Assembly: GCA_965261345.1 (NCBI GenBank)
Contig: OZ253449.1
Span: forward strand, 2,272,001-2,336,000
Source of the DNA: Chloroflexota bacterium
GTDB taxonomy: Bacteria > Chloroflexota > UBA11872 > VXNJ01
Direction of reading: 5' to 3'
Length of the DNA stretch: 64,000 nucleotides
In this document: piece after piece, positions 1-9,833 of the stretch
How positions within the stretch are numbered: the stretch's first letter is position 1
How the letters are laid out: each line of letters begins with the position of its first letter
Notes under the pieces: model-generated
Seen by the model: only the letters and a program-made list of their open reading frames with translations
Databases searched by the model: none
What the model was told of the DNA's origin: nothing
Position numbers and translations under genes: made by a program

Positions 1-735
1 CTGGCGCACCATCACCGGCTTGTCGTCCAATTCGCCGGGCACCACGTCGGGCCGCGGCACGCTTGCGGCCGGATAGCGATCGACATATTCGGCCGGCGGA
101 TTGCAGGGCGGGTGCGGAAGATAAAAACCGGCGATGGCGAACCACGGAGTGTCACCGGCGGCGTCGATGAACCCAATAGTCTGGTCGGCCACCCAGGCGC
201 TGTAGGAGAGCTCCTCGGGAGCCTCGAAATCCCAATATTGCTCGCTGCGATCGCCGGTTACCGGGTGCGGCACGCCGACCTTGGCTTCCATGCCCGGGGC
301 GACCTGACGAATCCAGCGGATGTAGTCGTCGGGGTAGCAGCCCGGCCCTTCGGCGTTAACGTGCACGTCGAAGCCGTAGCCGGGATGCGGGCGATCATAG
401 TTGCGCGAGCTATGCGGCAGGAAGTGCAGTTTGCCCAGGTTGCCGGTCCGGTAGCCGGCATCGGAGAGGATCTGGGCAACCGTCAACTCGTCCTCTGAGA
501 GTGCGATGCCATTGGAAGTAACGCCGTGATTGCGGGGGTAGCGACCGGTCAGCAGGGTGGCGCGCGACGGCGCGCAGACGGGATTGTTGACGTAATTGCC
601 GGTCACGTTGACTCCCTCGGCCGCCAGGGAATCAATGGCCGGCGTCTGCACGTAGCCGTCGGAATTTACGCCCAGGCAATCGAAGCGCTGCTGGTCTGAC
701 GTGAGGAATAGGACGTTGGGGGGGCGTTCGACCAT
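1..735 (-). CDS. Sulfatase family protein (5' part; runs off window start)
   Basis: Not in the ORF track. Manual translation from ATG at 735: MVERPPNVLFLTSDQQRFDCLG...NNPVCAPSRATLLTGRYP...GYRTGNLGKLH, with the CxPxR formylglycine motif. Confidence 0.92.
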   Translation of the reverse strand, partial: MVERPPNVLFLTSDQQRFDCLGVNSDGYVQTPAIDSLAAEGVNVTGNYVNNPVCAPSRATLLTGRYPRNHGVTSNGIALSEDELTVAQILSDAGYRTGNLGKLHFLPHSSRNYDRPHPGYGFDVHVNAEGPGCYPDDYIRWIRQVAPGMEAKVGVPHPVTGDRSEQYWDFEAPEELSYSAWVADQTIGFIDAAGDTPWFAIAGFYLPHPPCNPPAEYVDRYPAASVPRPDVVPGELDDKPVMVRQ

Positions 736-816
736 TGCGGTGCCTCCGGTTATCCGGGCAATCGGCGTTCGTTTGGCCATTATTGGAAAAATCGATTGCC
801 AACGGGGCGGAAGACG

Positions 817-1345
817 TTGCAAATAACCGCAGTCGAGAGCTTTGTCTATCGCCTCCCTGGCCGATCTTTCGTCGGAGCCTTAGTCTACCCCGACGAAGGC
901 TTGACCGGCCCGGGTGAAGCCACCCTGATGGAGCGAAGCGGCAGCGTCCGGGCCGCTTTGATGGAAATGGGCGAAATCGTGGCGGAATGGATCCCATGGC
1001 CTCGGAAAACGTCTGGTGGCGGCTTTTCTTGGGTGATCGACGGCGCAGTGGGCCGGTGACCGCATCGGCCATCGACGCCATTGACGTGGCCGTCTGGGAT
1101 ATCCGTGGTCAGGCCCTCGGGGTTCCCATCCATACGCTGCTTGGAGGTGCGCTGCGCGCTGCGGTGCGGATGTACAACCATGCGGTCATGCCCGAACCGG
1201 TAGCGGTGGCGGATGCCCTCGGCCCGCTGCTGGAGGAGGGTTGGACGGCGGCTAAGTTCATCGCCTCACCTTCCGACCCCACCGGCGTGCCCAACCGCGA
1301 ACGGTTCGATCCGCGGGCCGCAGTCCGGCGCGGCGCGGCCGCCAC
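817..1345 (+). pseudogene. Mandelate racemase/galactonate dehydratase-like enolase-superfamily pseudogene (frameshifted, truncated)
   Basis: N-terminal domain split over ORFs 796..1059 (ITAVESF...DEGLTGPGEAT) and 987..1379 (SAIDAIDVAVWDIRGQALGVPIHTLLGG...GWTAAKF); the barrel domain is missing. Confidence 0.8.
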
Positions 1346-2116
1346 GGCGGCTGCCGCCCACCACCTGATTCTGAGCTAAAAACCCCGGCCTTTACCCATT
1401 CGATCGAGGTATTGGACAGCCTGCCGGTTAGAGCCATGGGCAATCCAAATCTTGACCACAACATCCGTGATCTCTTGGTATCGCTTGACGATGGCAGCAA
1501 GGTAACCGCGGGGTTCCTTTCCCACTACAACCTGACCGGCCAGCTGGAGCGCTGGGGCTTTCCAACCTCAGAGGTACTGGTACTAGAAGACGGCACCCTA
1601 ACCCATTTCTATCAAAGAGGGGCAGTTGACTTCCACTACCTGGGCAGCGGCTGGATTGTGGAAAGAAGACTTGCCTGCGACTACGTCGGTGGGGCAGCAG
1701 AGGGATCCACCGACCAGGGAGTAGAAACCGATCTTCTAAATCCTCATCCCGGTACGCTCTTAGGTCCCTGGGGATACAAGGTATCCGACTTTGCCATCGA
1801 TGGCACCGAGGTTGGCTTTGCCGAATTCTTTGTTGCCCTGGGCGGAGTCTCGGTCTCCGGCTTGCCCAAGATCGATGCCAGGGAGTACGTGGATCTTCCC
1901 GGCAGACTGCATGCCCCAGGGAGAACCTACGGCTTTATCCGCCAGTACTTCCAGGCGGCGGTGCTAGAGTTTCATCCCAATGACGAGCGAACCCCGGTAA
2001 TGCTGACCCTTCTGGGCGATACCCTGCGCGGCGTTCTGGTGCCCGACTTTGCCGAGCATCCTCCGTTTAACGCTGCCATAGAGCTGGTAATCGGAGACGG
2101 GTATGCGCCCTACTAG
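1346..2116 (+). pseudogene. Severed C-terminal module of a large surface protein (homologous to 43240..44037)
   Basis: ORF 1412..2116 shares long motifs with ORF 43111..44037. In-frame upstream codons read GGCRPPPDSELKTPAFTHSIEVLD, matching GGRRPPEPVLPSIEYTLKVLD. No signal peptide. Confidence 0.75.
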
Positions 2117-2194
2117 GTGCCGAGGGCGGCACCGGATGGTCGACTTGCGCCGTTGACTGCTGTCAATATCGAAAAACCTGCAACATGAAGACGA

Positions 2195-2989
2195 TCACGC
2201 CGGGTTAATTCGACCGGTCAACAGGCCGAGCATCGCATCAAATCCCGCCAGTTGCATGCGGATTCGAGTTTCCAGCTCAATGACCCCCGGCGTTTCGAGC
2301 GTTACGCCTCGATCGGAGAGATTGGTCATTACGTAAAAGGGCAACGGCCAGTTCTCCCGATCGCGCATGTATTCGGCAATTTCTTCGGGAGTTTCCTCGT
2401 CTTCGTCGTCATCGGACCGGTGGACGACGCCGCGATCGACCGGCATCTCATCGACTTCTGGCTTGGAAAATATGGGCCCTTCGCGTGCAACCGCCGCGAC
2501 CAGGACATCCGACCAGGCATTGGGCATGCTTGTGAAACAGTAAAAGCCGTCTTCAACCGGATCCTCATGGGCGTCGATCCAAAGATCAAGGCGCTCCTGC
2601 CCAATCATTTCCAGGCCCAAGCGAGATTCGGGGCTGTCGCCCAGTTTGAATGTTCGGTTCACATCCTGGCCATCTACGTTCTCGCGGGTGCCAAGGTCAA
2701 AACCGGTCGGGTTTACGCAGGGCAAGACCTTGAATCGAATCTCAGGCCAGTTACGCCAACGCTGCTCCTCTAAAAATTGCAGGACAGCGTGCACGGGCGC
2801 CGGTTCATCACCATGCGTTCCGGAATATAAGCCCACCAAGTACCGGGGGTCGTTGCCGGGCCGCAGCTCCAACCGAATCAAATCAAGCTGGCGTTCAGGC
2901 AATCGATGACGATGGATCGTTAGCCCGGGCGTTCCTTCCAACGCCTCGTAACGGGCCAGCAGGGCGGCGTAATTAGTAACTCTGGGCAT
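2195..2989 (-). CDS. M14-family zinc carboxypeptidase / succinylglutamate desuccinylase-like protein
   Basis: GTHGDEP (HxxE), PCVNPTG, RENxxGxDVNR, DAHED and TLETP motifs. Confidence 0.85.
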   Translation of the reverse strand: MPRVTNYAALLARYEALEGTPGLTIHRHRLPERQLDLIRLELRPGNDPRYLVGLYSGTHGDEPAPVHAVLQFLEEQRWRNWPEIRFKVLPCVNPTGFDLGTRENVDGQDVNRTFKLGDSPESRLGLEMIGQERLDLWIDAHEDPVEDGFYCFTSMPNAWSDVLVAAVAREGPIFSKPEVDEMPVDRGVVHRSDDDEDEETPEEIAEYMRDRENWPLPFYVMTNLSDRGVTLETPGVIELETRIRMQLAGFDAMLGLLTGRINPA

Positions 2990-3215
2990 GAAATATTTGG
3001 CTGATCAAACTTTGGCGCTCGATTATCGAAAGGAGTTGGCGCGAAATACGGGTCGGAATGGATGCGTGCGACGTGGCAGGTTCAAACGCGCCCGGCACCC
3101 CAATGGACATAGAATTCGGCCGGGAAATGGTTTGGTCACCGGCAAACGCCAATTGCCAACCCAACCCAGGCTGTGAGCTGGTTATCCGAAGAGGCCAAGA
3201 TTGCTTCTGCGGTCG

Positions 3216-4322
3216 TCAAACCGCCCACTTGGCAACGGCACCGGGATCGAGTTCCAACCCCAACCCGGGTTTGTCGTGAAACGGGGACCACTGCCCGTTT
3301 TTTTGTTGAGGAAACTCGGTGTACCAAATCCGATCGACGGTCAAATTGGTGTTCATGTATTCGACTACTTTTAGGTTTGGGGCAGCACAGCATACGTGCA
3401 GGTGAACCAGCTGGACCGAGTGCGGCGCGACCGGTAAGTTGGCTGCGTGGGCCAAGTGTGAAATCTTGAGCCATTCCGTAATGCCGCCGCAGCGGCCCAC
3501 ATCCGGTTGACAGATGTCGGCCCCGCCGGCGGCGATCAACTCGGCAAACCCAAATTTGGTGTATTCGTGCTCACCCGTAGCAACCGGGATATTGACTGCT
3601 TCGCGGACCCGAGCAAGCCCGCGGATATCGTCGGCGATGAGCGGCTCTTCGTACCAGCCCACGTTGAACTCTTCAAACTCCTTGGCCATGTAGATCGCCT
3701 GTTTGGCGTAATACCCGTTGTTGGCGTCTATATATATTTCGACGTCATCGCCGACCGCCGAACGCACCGCCGCCAGGCGGGCAATGTCTTCACGTTCGGA
3801 CTGTCCAAAATCCTTGCCCACCTTCATCTTGAGGCGGGGAATGCCCTGGTCGACATAATCGACCATTTCGGCAATCAGTTCCTTTTCGGTGAAATTGGTC
3901 CAGCCGCCACTCCCGTAGATCGGAAGAGATTCCTGGTAGGGACCAAGCAGCTTGAAGAGCGGCAATCCTAGCGCCTTGGCTTTTAGATCCCAAAGCCCAA
4001 TATCAACCGCCGATATCGCGCAGATCGCCACGCCCTTTCGACCGTATCCGCGAACATGCCAGAACATGTCGTTCCAGAGTTGCTCGATGTTGAATGGATC
4101 CTTGCCGATGAGCAGCTTGCGAAATCCTTCATCGATCGCCTGGCGAACACCCGGATAGGCGAGCCCGATCCCCAGGCCTTCCACGCCCCCGTCGGTATGG
4201 ATGTGCACGAACACCTGCCCGCGTCCGCCGGCCCATTTCGGCGGGTCGGGGATAGTGGCATCCTGGATTGGGCGAGCGTGTGGATAAAAGAGCTGGGTGG
4301 TGGTTACATCGGTAATTTGCAC
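3216..4322 (-). CDS. Mandelate racemase/muconate lactonizing enzyme family (probable acid-sugar dehydratase)
   Basis: SAVDIGLWDLKAKALGLP, KMK, metal ligands in DAN / EEP / GEHE, and APH. Confidence 0.92.
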   Translation of the reverse strand: MQITDVTTTQLFYPHARPIQDATIPDPPKWAGGRGQVFVHIHTDGGVEGLGIGLAYPGVRQAIDEGFRKLLIGKDPFNIEQLWNDMFWHVRGYGRKGVAICAISAVDIGLWDLKAKALGLPLFKLLGPYQESLPIYGSGGWTNFTEKELIAEMVDYVDQGIPRLKMKVGKDFGQSEREDIARLAAVRSAVGDDVEIYIDANNGYYAKQAIYMAKEFEEFNVGWYEEPLIADDIRGLARVREAVNIPVATGEHEYTKFGFAELIAAGGADICQPDVGRCGGITEWLKISHLAHAANLPVAPHSVQLVHLHVCCAAPNLKVVEYMNTNLTVDRIWYTEFPQQKNGQWSPFHDKPGLGLELDPGAVAKWAV

Positions 4323-4520
4323 GGTGGCTGATCCGGCCCTAGCAGCGAAATGAAATGCGCCCCAATTTCAACATCAAAAGCGATTGCTCGGGCCCGCCCG
4401 CAGCGTTTCTACGGAGAAGGGCCGCTACAAAACTCCCGGACGTTAAGACAGAGGAACCGCCACTTGCGCAATACACAAATTAATCGTGGGCACCGAATCG
4501 TGGGAGCGTTGGCCGGCGCC

Positions 4521-5291
4521 TTAGTTACCGCTGACCAGATTCAATAGCTCCGTGTAGGCTGCCAGCTGCATATTGACTCGCGTGTCCAGGTCAATTACCC
4601 CGGGGGTTTCCAGGGTTACCGATCGCGGGCTTATCTGGGCCTCAACGTGAGTTGACAAGCCCCATTGGTCTGTTTCCCGGCTTCGTTGCTGGCGCGCTAG
4701 GCGGCGCGCCCGATTCAGCGCCACGATGCCGTTTTCAACTTTCATCTCGTCAACTTCCTCACGCGGGTAGATCGGGCCCTCCCTGGCGACCGCGGCAACC
4801 AACCGCGGATCCCAGGCCGATGGAAGTCGCGAGAAACAGTAAAACCCGTCTTCAACCGGGTCTTCGTGGGCGTCGATCCAAAGATCGGTGGGTTCTACTC
4901 CGATCAGCACTAAGGCGGCCAGAGCTTCGGGGCTATTGCCCAACTTGAATGTGCGATTTACGTCCTGGCCCTTAGCGTTTTCACGCGTGCCAAGGTCGAA
5001 ACCGGTCGGGTTGACGCAGGGCAACACCCGCATTTCCAGATTGGGCCAGGCCCGCCAACGCTCTTCTTCGAGGAATTGCAACGTCGCATGAACCGGGGCC
5101 GGCTCATCGCCGTGGCTGCCGGCGCTCAGGCCTACCGTGTGCTTGATCGGGCCCTGGGAGACCAGCGTTAGCCCAACCAACTCGATTGACCGGTCGGGCA
5201 TTCGAAATCTCGAGATCGTCACCCCCGGCAGCGTTGCCAGGCGTTCATAGCGAGCCAAGAGTTGGGCGTATTTGACCGGTCGCGCCATCAA
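4521..5291 (-). CDS. M14-family zinc carboxypeptidase-like protein (paralog of 2195..2989)
   Basis: GSHGDEPAPVHA, LPCVNPTGFDLGTREN, DLWIDAHEDPVEDGFYCF and TLETPGVI shared with the paralog. Confidence 0.85.
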   Translation of the reverse strand: MMARPVKYAQLLARYERLATLPGVTISRFRMPDRSIELVGLTLVSQGPIKHTVGLSAGSHGDEPAPVHATLQFLEEERWRAWPNLEMRVLPCVNPTGFDLGTRENAKGQDVNRTFKLGNSPEALAALVLIGVEPTDLWIDAHEDPVEDGFYCFSRLPSAWDPRLVAAVAREGPIYPREEVDEMKVENGIVALNRARRLARQQRSRETDQWGLSTHVEAQISPRSVTLETPGVIDLDTRVNMQLAAYTELLNLVSGN

Positions 5292-5383
5292 GATCCTTTT
5301 TCGCGGGCCGATTGACGGGTAGATTATCCGTGTACGGGAATCGAGCGCGCTCGGTCAAATTACCGCGTCGGCGATCTGAACGG

Positions 5384-5560
5384 ATGGGCTGGGCCGGTCA
5401 CATTGACGTGCATCCTGCTCTTTTTACCGGAATTCCATTGCTCGAACGCGGTGCCGACCGGGAATGGGGACCGGATCCCGAATACGTGGCCTACAGGCAG
5501 GACGCGAGCGTACTAATTCCTTGGCCCGGCCGCAGATCAAGGTCAAGCTGGCGGCAGGTA
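5384..5560 (+). pseudogene. DUF1295 (steroid 5-alpha-reductase-like) C-terminal remnant
   Basis: TGIPLLERGADREWGPDPEYVAYRQDASVLIPWP resembles the DUF1295 C-terminus; the rest of the gene is absent. Confidence 0.55.
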
Positions 5561-6036
5561 GCTTTGCGTATTTAGTGCGCGTTGACCGCCACCGCAATAT
5601 GTTTTGGGATACCAGCAGGATAAATCACCCAAGACAGCGAGCCTCTTAACGGAATCGCGCCCACGCGCGGGTCCAGACCGCCGAGGCCAGCGACGGCGCT
5701 GTCCAACGGGCCAGCAGGCGGGCTAGGGCGACCGGAGTCGGGACAGAAGCGGAAATTTCCGCGCATGCGTGCGACGGCCGGCATTTGCACTAAATGGCTT
5801 CGGGTTGGCGGGGCCATCTGCGAGCCGGTAAATATCATAGGCGGTCGTTGTCAGTGACAAAATAATTTTTCCAACCCCGAACGCCGCAGCTGGGAATTTC
5901 CGGTCCCGGTTGCCCGGCCGGCGTCGCATCCTGATGACCTGGAATCAGGCCGGCGCGGCAGCATGAATTTCTTGCTGCTGCAAGCGGTCGAAATCGACTC
6001 CGGAACCTGAGCGCCGATCGGGCGTCGCGGTGGGTG

Positions 6037-7083
6037 TTAGGCGTTCCATTCCAAGGCGACGCCGAGATAGGATTCCTTCTCGTTTAGGAGTCCCAGGTAA
6101 GCGCGCTCGATCTGCCGCGGAGGCAGTCGGTGTGAGATCAACGGTTCGATCTGCAACCGCCCGCGGGTGGCCAAATCCAGGACGGTCGACAGGTTGTGAA
6201 TAGTCGATTCGTCGCTGGCGGTCTGCGGCCAGAACGGTATCAACCACTGCAGTGAACCGCGCAACTTGAGGCCGCGCCGGTGAACGTCTCGCAGTAGCGG
6301 GGTCAGATCGACCACATGCTCGCGCCGCGGCGATCCCAAGAGGACCAGCTGTCCGAAGCTGCGCACGAAAGGATAGAGCCCGCCGAGGACGGCTGCCTCG
6401 CCGACCGCGTCGACGGCAATGTCGAGCCCGTTCGGTGCGCCCAGGCCGGCAATGCCGGCGCCCACTTGTTGCGCGACTGGTTCGGCGATTGCTTCGACGC
6501 CGATCATCGTTGCCAGTTCGCGTCTCCGGCTGGAAGGATCGATCCCGATCACCCGGCAGCCGGCCAGCTGGTAAAGTTGCGCGGCCATGTTGCCGATCAA
6601 TCCCAGCTCCCAGATCCCAACCCGATCGTTGAGGCGCGGGCGTGAATTGGAAAGAGCGCTGAACGCTATCAGTGGCATCATGCACGCGGCCGCAACTGCC
6701 CCGTCCAACCCTTCGGGAACGCGAGCGAGCAGCTGTGTGCCCGGAGTTCCCGCGTCGGGCACCCGCAGGTGCTGAAAATCCTGGTGCCTGCTCGAGCTAA
6801 ATACCCGCTCACCAATCTCGAATCCGGACACCGCGGCACTCTTGGCGACGATGCGTCCGACGTTGGCATACCCGGCCGCCCAGGGGTAGGCGCACCAGGA
6901 ACCCGGGACCGTTACGTTCTTGTCCAATCCGGTGAAATTGGCCAGTTCGGTGCCGGCCGAGATGAACGTGAATTCGGTCTCGACCGTCAGTTCGTCTGGC
7001 CCCGGCCGGTCGGCGATTTCTATCGCATCAAGGAATACCTGACCACGTCCCGCGACGAGCACTCTAACAGCCTGCATGCTCAA
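6037..7083 (-). CDS. MDR-family (zinc-binding alcohol dehydrogenase-like) oxidoreductase
   Basis: ISAGTELA, GYANVG, nucleotide-binding ELGLIG (first Gly replaced), LISHR. Confidence 0.85.
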   Translation of the reverse strand: MSMQAVRVLVAGRGQVFLDAIEIADRPGPDELTVETEFTFISAGTELANFTGLDKNVTVPGSWCAYPWAAGYANVGRIVAKSAAVSGFEIGERVFSSSRHQDFQHLRVPDAGTPGTQLLARVPEGLDGAVAAACMMPLIAFSALSNSRPRLNDRVGIWELGLIGNMAAQLYQLAGCRVIGIDPSSRRRELATMIGVEAIAEPVAQQVGAGIAGLGAPNGLDIAVDAVGEAAVLGGLYPFVRSFGQLVLLGSPRREHVVDLTPLLRDVHRRGLKLRGSLQWLIPFWPQTASDESTIHNLSTVLDLATRGRLQIEPLISHRLPPRQIERAYLGLLNEKESYLGVALEWNA

Positions 7084-7134
7084 CCGCTCTTGGTCCGGAT
7101 TGGCGCCTACATGAGGATGCGGGCGGTCCGGAGA

Positions 7135-8184
7135 CTATTGCCTCCAAATGAGCGCGACGCCGCTGTAGTGCTCCTTGTCATTTAGAAGACCCTGGTAGGC
7201 GCGCTCTATCTGCTGCGGCGGCATCCGGTGCGAGATCAGCGGTTCTACCTGCAGGCGACCGCGGGCGACCAGGTCCAATACCGTTTCCAGGTTGTGCAAG
7301 GTCGACTCATCGAAGGCGGTTTGCGGCGTTAGCGGGATCAGCCATTCGAGCGATCCGCGAAGCTTTATTCCGCGCCAGTGGATATCTGACAACAGCGGAT
7401 TCATGTCGGCGACGTGCTCGCGGCGTGGTGAACCCAACAGGGTCACCTGGCCGAAGCGGCGCACGAACCGATGGATCTGGGCAAGGATTGCCGATTCACC
7501 AACAGCATCGATCGCGATATCCAATCCGTCGCAAGCTCCCAGGCCGCCCATCTGGGCCTTAACGTCGGCCGGTTCCGGCGAAGCCACCCGCCCGATCCCG
7601 ACGCCCTGCGCCAGGTCGCGTCTAAAGCCCGCCGGATCGATGCCGATCACTCGGCAGCCGGCCAGTTGGAAAAGCTGCGCTGCCATGTTGCCGACCATTC
7701 CCAGGCCCCAGATCCCGACGGTGTCATTGAGGCGCCGGGGGGTGTTGGAGAGCGAGCTCATCGCCACCAGCGGCATGCGGCAGGCGGCGGCGACCGCCGG
7801 GTCGAGGTCGTCGGGGACCTTTGCCAGCAGCGACCCGGCCACGCTCACGCCCAGTCCGGGACCACCGTGGGTGACGAAGTGGACCTGTTGGTGTTTGGCG
7901 AAAGAAAAGACCCGGTCGCCGACCCCAAAGTCTTCGATCTTTTCACCGACTTTGATCACACGGCCGACATTGGCGTACCCGGAGGGCCAGGGATATTCGC
8001 ACCAGGACCCTTTCTCGTAGACCTGCGGGGTCAGGGCGGTGTAGTTGGCCAGCTCCGTCCCGGCGGAGATAAACGTGGCTTCGGTCTCAACCATGACCTC
8101 GCCGGGACCGGGCCGGTCGGCTATCTCGATTTCTTCCAGCAGGACCTGGTTCTTACCTGGCACCAGTACCCGATTTGTGCGCAT
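7135..8184 (-). CDS. MDR-family oxidoreductase (tandem paralog of 6037..7083)
   Basis: ISAGTELA, GYANVG, GLGMVG; near-identical C-terminal motifs to its neighbour. Confidence 0.88.
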   Translation of the reverse strand: MRTNRVLVPGKNQVLLEEIEIADRPGPGEVMVETEATFISAGTELANYTALTPQVYEKGSWCEYPWPSGYANVGRVIKVGEKIEDFGVGDRVFSFAKHQQVHFVTHGGPGLGVSVAGSLLAKVPDDLDPAVAAACRMPLVAMSSLSNTPRRLNDTVGIWGLGMVGNMAAQLFQLAGCRVIGIDPAGFRRDLAQGVGIGRVASPEPADVKAQMGGLGACDGLDIAIDAVGESAILAQIHRFVRRFGQVTLLGSPRREHVADMNPLLSDIHWRGIKLRGSLEWLIPLTPQTAFDESTLHNLETVLDLVARGRLQVEPLISHRMPPQQIERAYQGLLNDKEHYSGVALIWRQ

Positions 8185-8733
8185 CAGAAGACCCCGTCCT
8201 CTATGAAATTACGATTGGCGCCGGACCGCGGCGGCGGGTTGGGCACCAAAGCCGTTCGCCCATATCTTCAACTTATCGATAAAAAAGAGTGGCAAATGGC
8301 GGTAGGGACGGTTACGGTTGAGCGGACGTTGTCATTGGCACGGTCCGCGGCCAAAGGTGGCCGCGCGACACCGGGATCACCAGCGGTGACCTTGAGAATT
8401 CCAAACGCAGGTGGACCACTTTCCGGGGTGTGTTCGCCGGGTCGGACGTAGTTGCGTTTGCGGCGGCAAGGACCTGGGCTTGCTTGGCAGCCGGATAAAT
8501 AGTCGATGCGGTAATCATGGTGCTGCCCATCTGCGTGGACGGTTGGTGCCGACCACGCGGACGGACGAACCTCCCGGAGAGCGCCGGCCGGTGGGCCTGT
8601 TTTTCGCAACGGCGTGCTGATTTTGGGCCCTGGCGGTGATCGCGCTATTGGTTGCGCTTTGGGCCCAAATTCGTAGCCCCCGATAATCTCGGTCGGGCCG
8701 TCGGGCCCAAAACCTGCTTGCGAATTTAGGAAA

Positions 8734-9540
8734 ATGATGGCCAAGATCGCCGCTGAGCTGTTCACCGTCCGTGAACACCTGGGCAATCAGCAGCAACTGC
8801 ATGAAACGGTTCATCGCCTGGCCGGGATTGGCTTTGAGTACGTGGAGTTGGCGGCGGTCGCGGCGGTCGACGGCCCAGACGCTGACACCAGTCCGGCAAC
8901 GCTGCGGCAAATGCTCGACGACCACGGGCTTCGGGCCTCAAGCGCCCACCGGCGCTTTGGAAACCTGCGCGACAACACCGCGGAGGAACTTGATTACCTC
9001 CAAACCCTGGGCTGTTCGATGGTGGCGCCACCGGTCATCTTCGATGTTTACGATTACCGCGATTTCGACGGTTACCGGCGCTTTCTCGAAGAAGCACAAC
9101 CGGTCCGCGAAACAGTGGCCGCCGCCGGCATCGATTTTGCCTACCACAACCATTCGCACGAGTTTGTGTATTTTGCCGGCACCAACGCCATGGAATACAT
9201 GATCGAAAAGAGCCAAATGCAGATGGAGCTGGACACCTACTGGACCGCGATTTCCGGCGCTGACCCGGCGGAGATGATCTCACGCCTGAAAGGTCGAATC
9301 CGTTATCTGCACTGCAAGGACGCACAGGTCTTTCCGACCGACGATCCGGATTTGTTTGCCATGCCCGGACCCACCTTCGCACCGGTCGGCGAGGGCCTGC
9401 TGAACTGGGGCGCAATCCTGGCCGCGGCGGCTGAGGCCGGAACCGAGTACTACATCATCGAGCAGGATGTTTGTCGGCGCGATCCGTTCGACTGCCTAGC
9501 GTCTTCATTCCAGTTCCTTTCGGAGGAAACCAAAACCTAG
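8734..9540 (+). CDS. Sugar phosphate isomerase/epimerase (xylose isomerase-like TIM barrel)
   Basis: YHNHSHEF, ELDTYW, LHCKD, PVGEGLLNW, IIEQD. Confidence 0.9.
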   Translation: MMAKIAAELFTVREHLGNQQQLHETVHRLAGIGFEYVELAAVAAVDGPDADTSPATLRQMLDDHGLRASSAHRRFGNLRDNTAEELDYLQTLGCSMVAPPVIFDVYDYRDFDGYRRFLEEAQPVRETVAAAGIDFAYHNHSHEFVYFAGTNAMEYMIEKSQMQMELDTYWTAISGADPAEMISRLKGRIRYLHCKDAQVFPTDDPDLFAMPGPTFAPVGEGLLNWGAILAAAAEAGTEYYIIEQDVCRRDPFDCLASSFQFLSEETKT

Positions 9541-9833
9541 TCAAAAACGCGCCGCGCATGCCGGCCGCTACTTTTAAGCGGCGATCGCGGCACTGCCGGG
9601 TCGGCCCCCAGGCCGCTGTGACTGGGACGGGCCGCGCGGGCGTCGGGTAAACCCCTTCATCATCCGACCGTTGGACGGCTATCCCTCACCCGACCCCAGT
9701 CCGGCGGTGCGGTCAAGTTCCGGGCCCGAGACCGGTCAAACCTTTCCAGTGCAGATGGCCGGGGCCGCCTGCTCAGTCGGGCTTGACCGCGCTGACGGAA
9801 TTAAGCGCCGCTACCGGTTGAACCGCGCTAGTC

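Noticed and set aside
1412-2116. DGR template/variable repeat pair with 43300-44037
   Set aside because: Differences are not adenine-specific, look like ordinary paralog divergence, and no reverse transcriptase is present.
7292-8451. Long antisense/overlapping ORFs (e.g. 7471..8451, 47406..48452, 59132..59935, 46251..46916)
   Set aside because: These are shadow ORFs expected in GC-rich DNA, mostly opposite well-supported genes, with no recognisable motifs.
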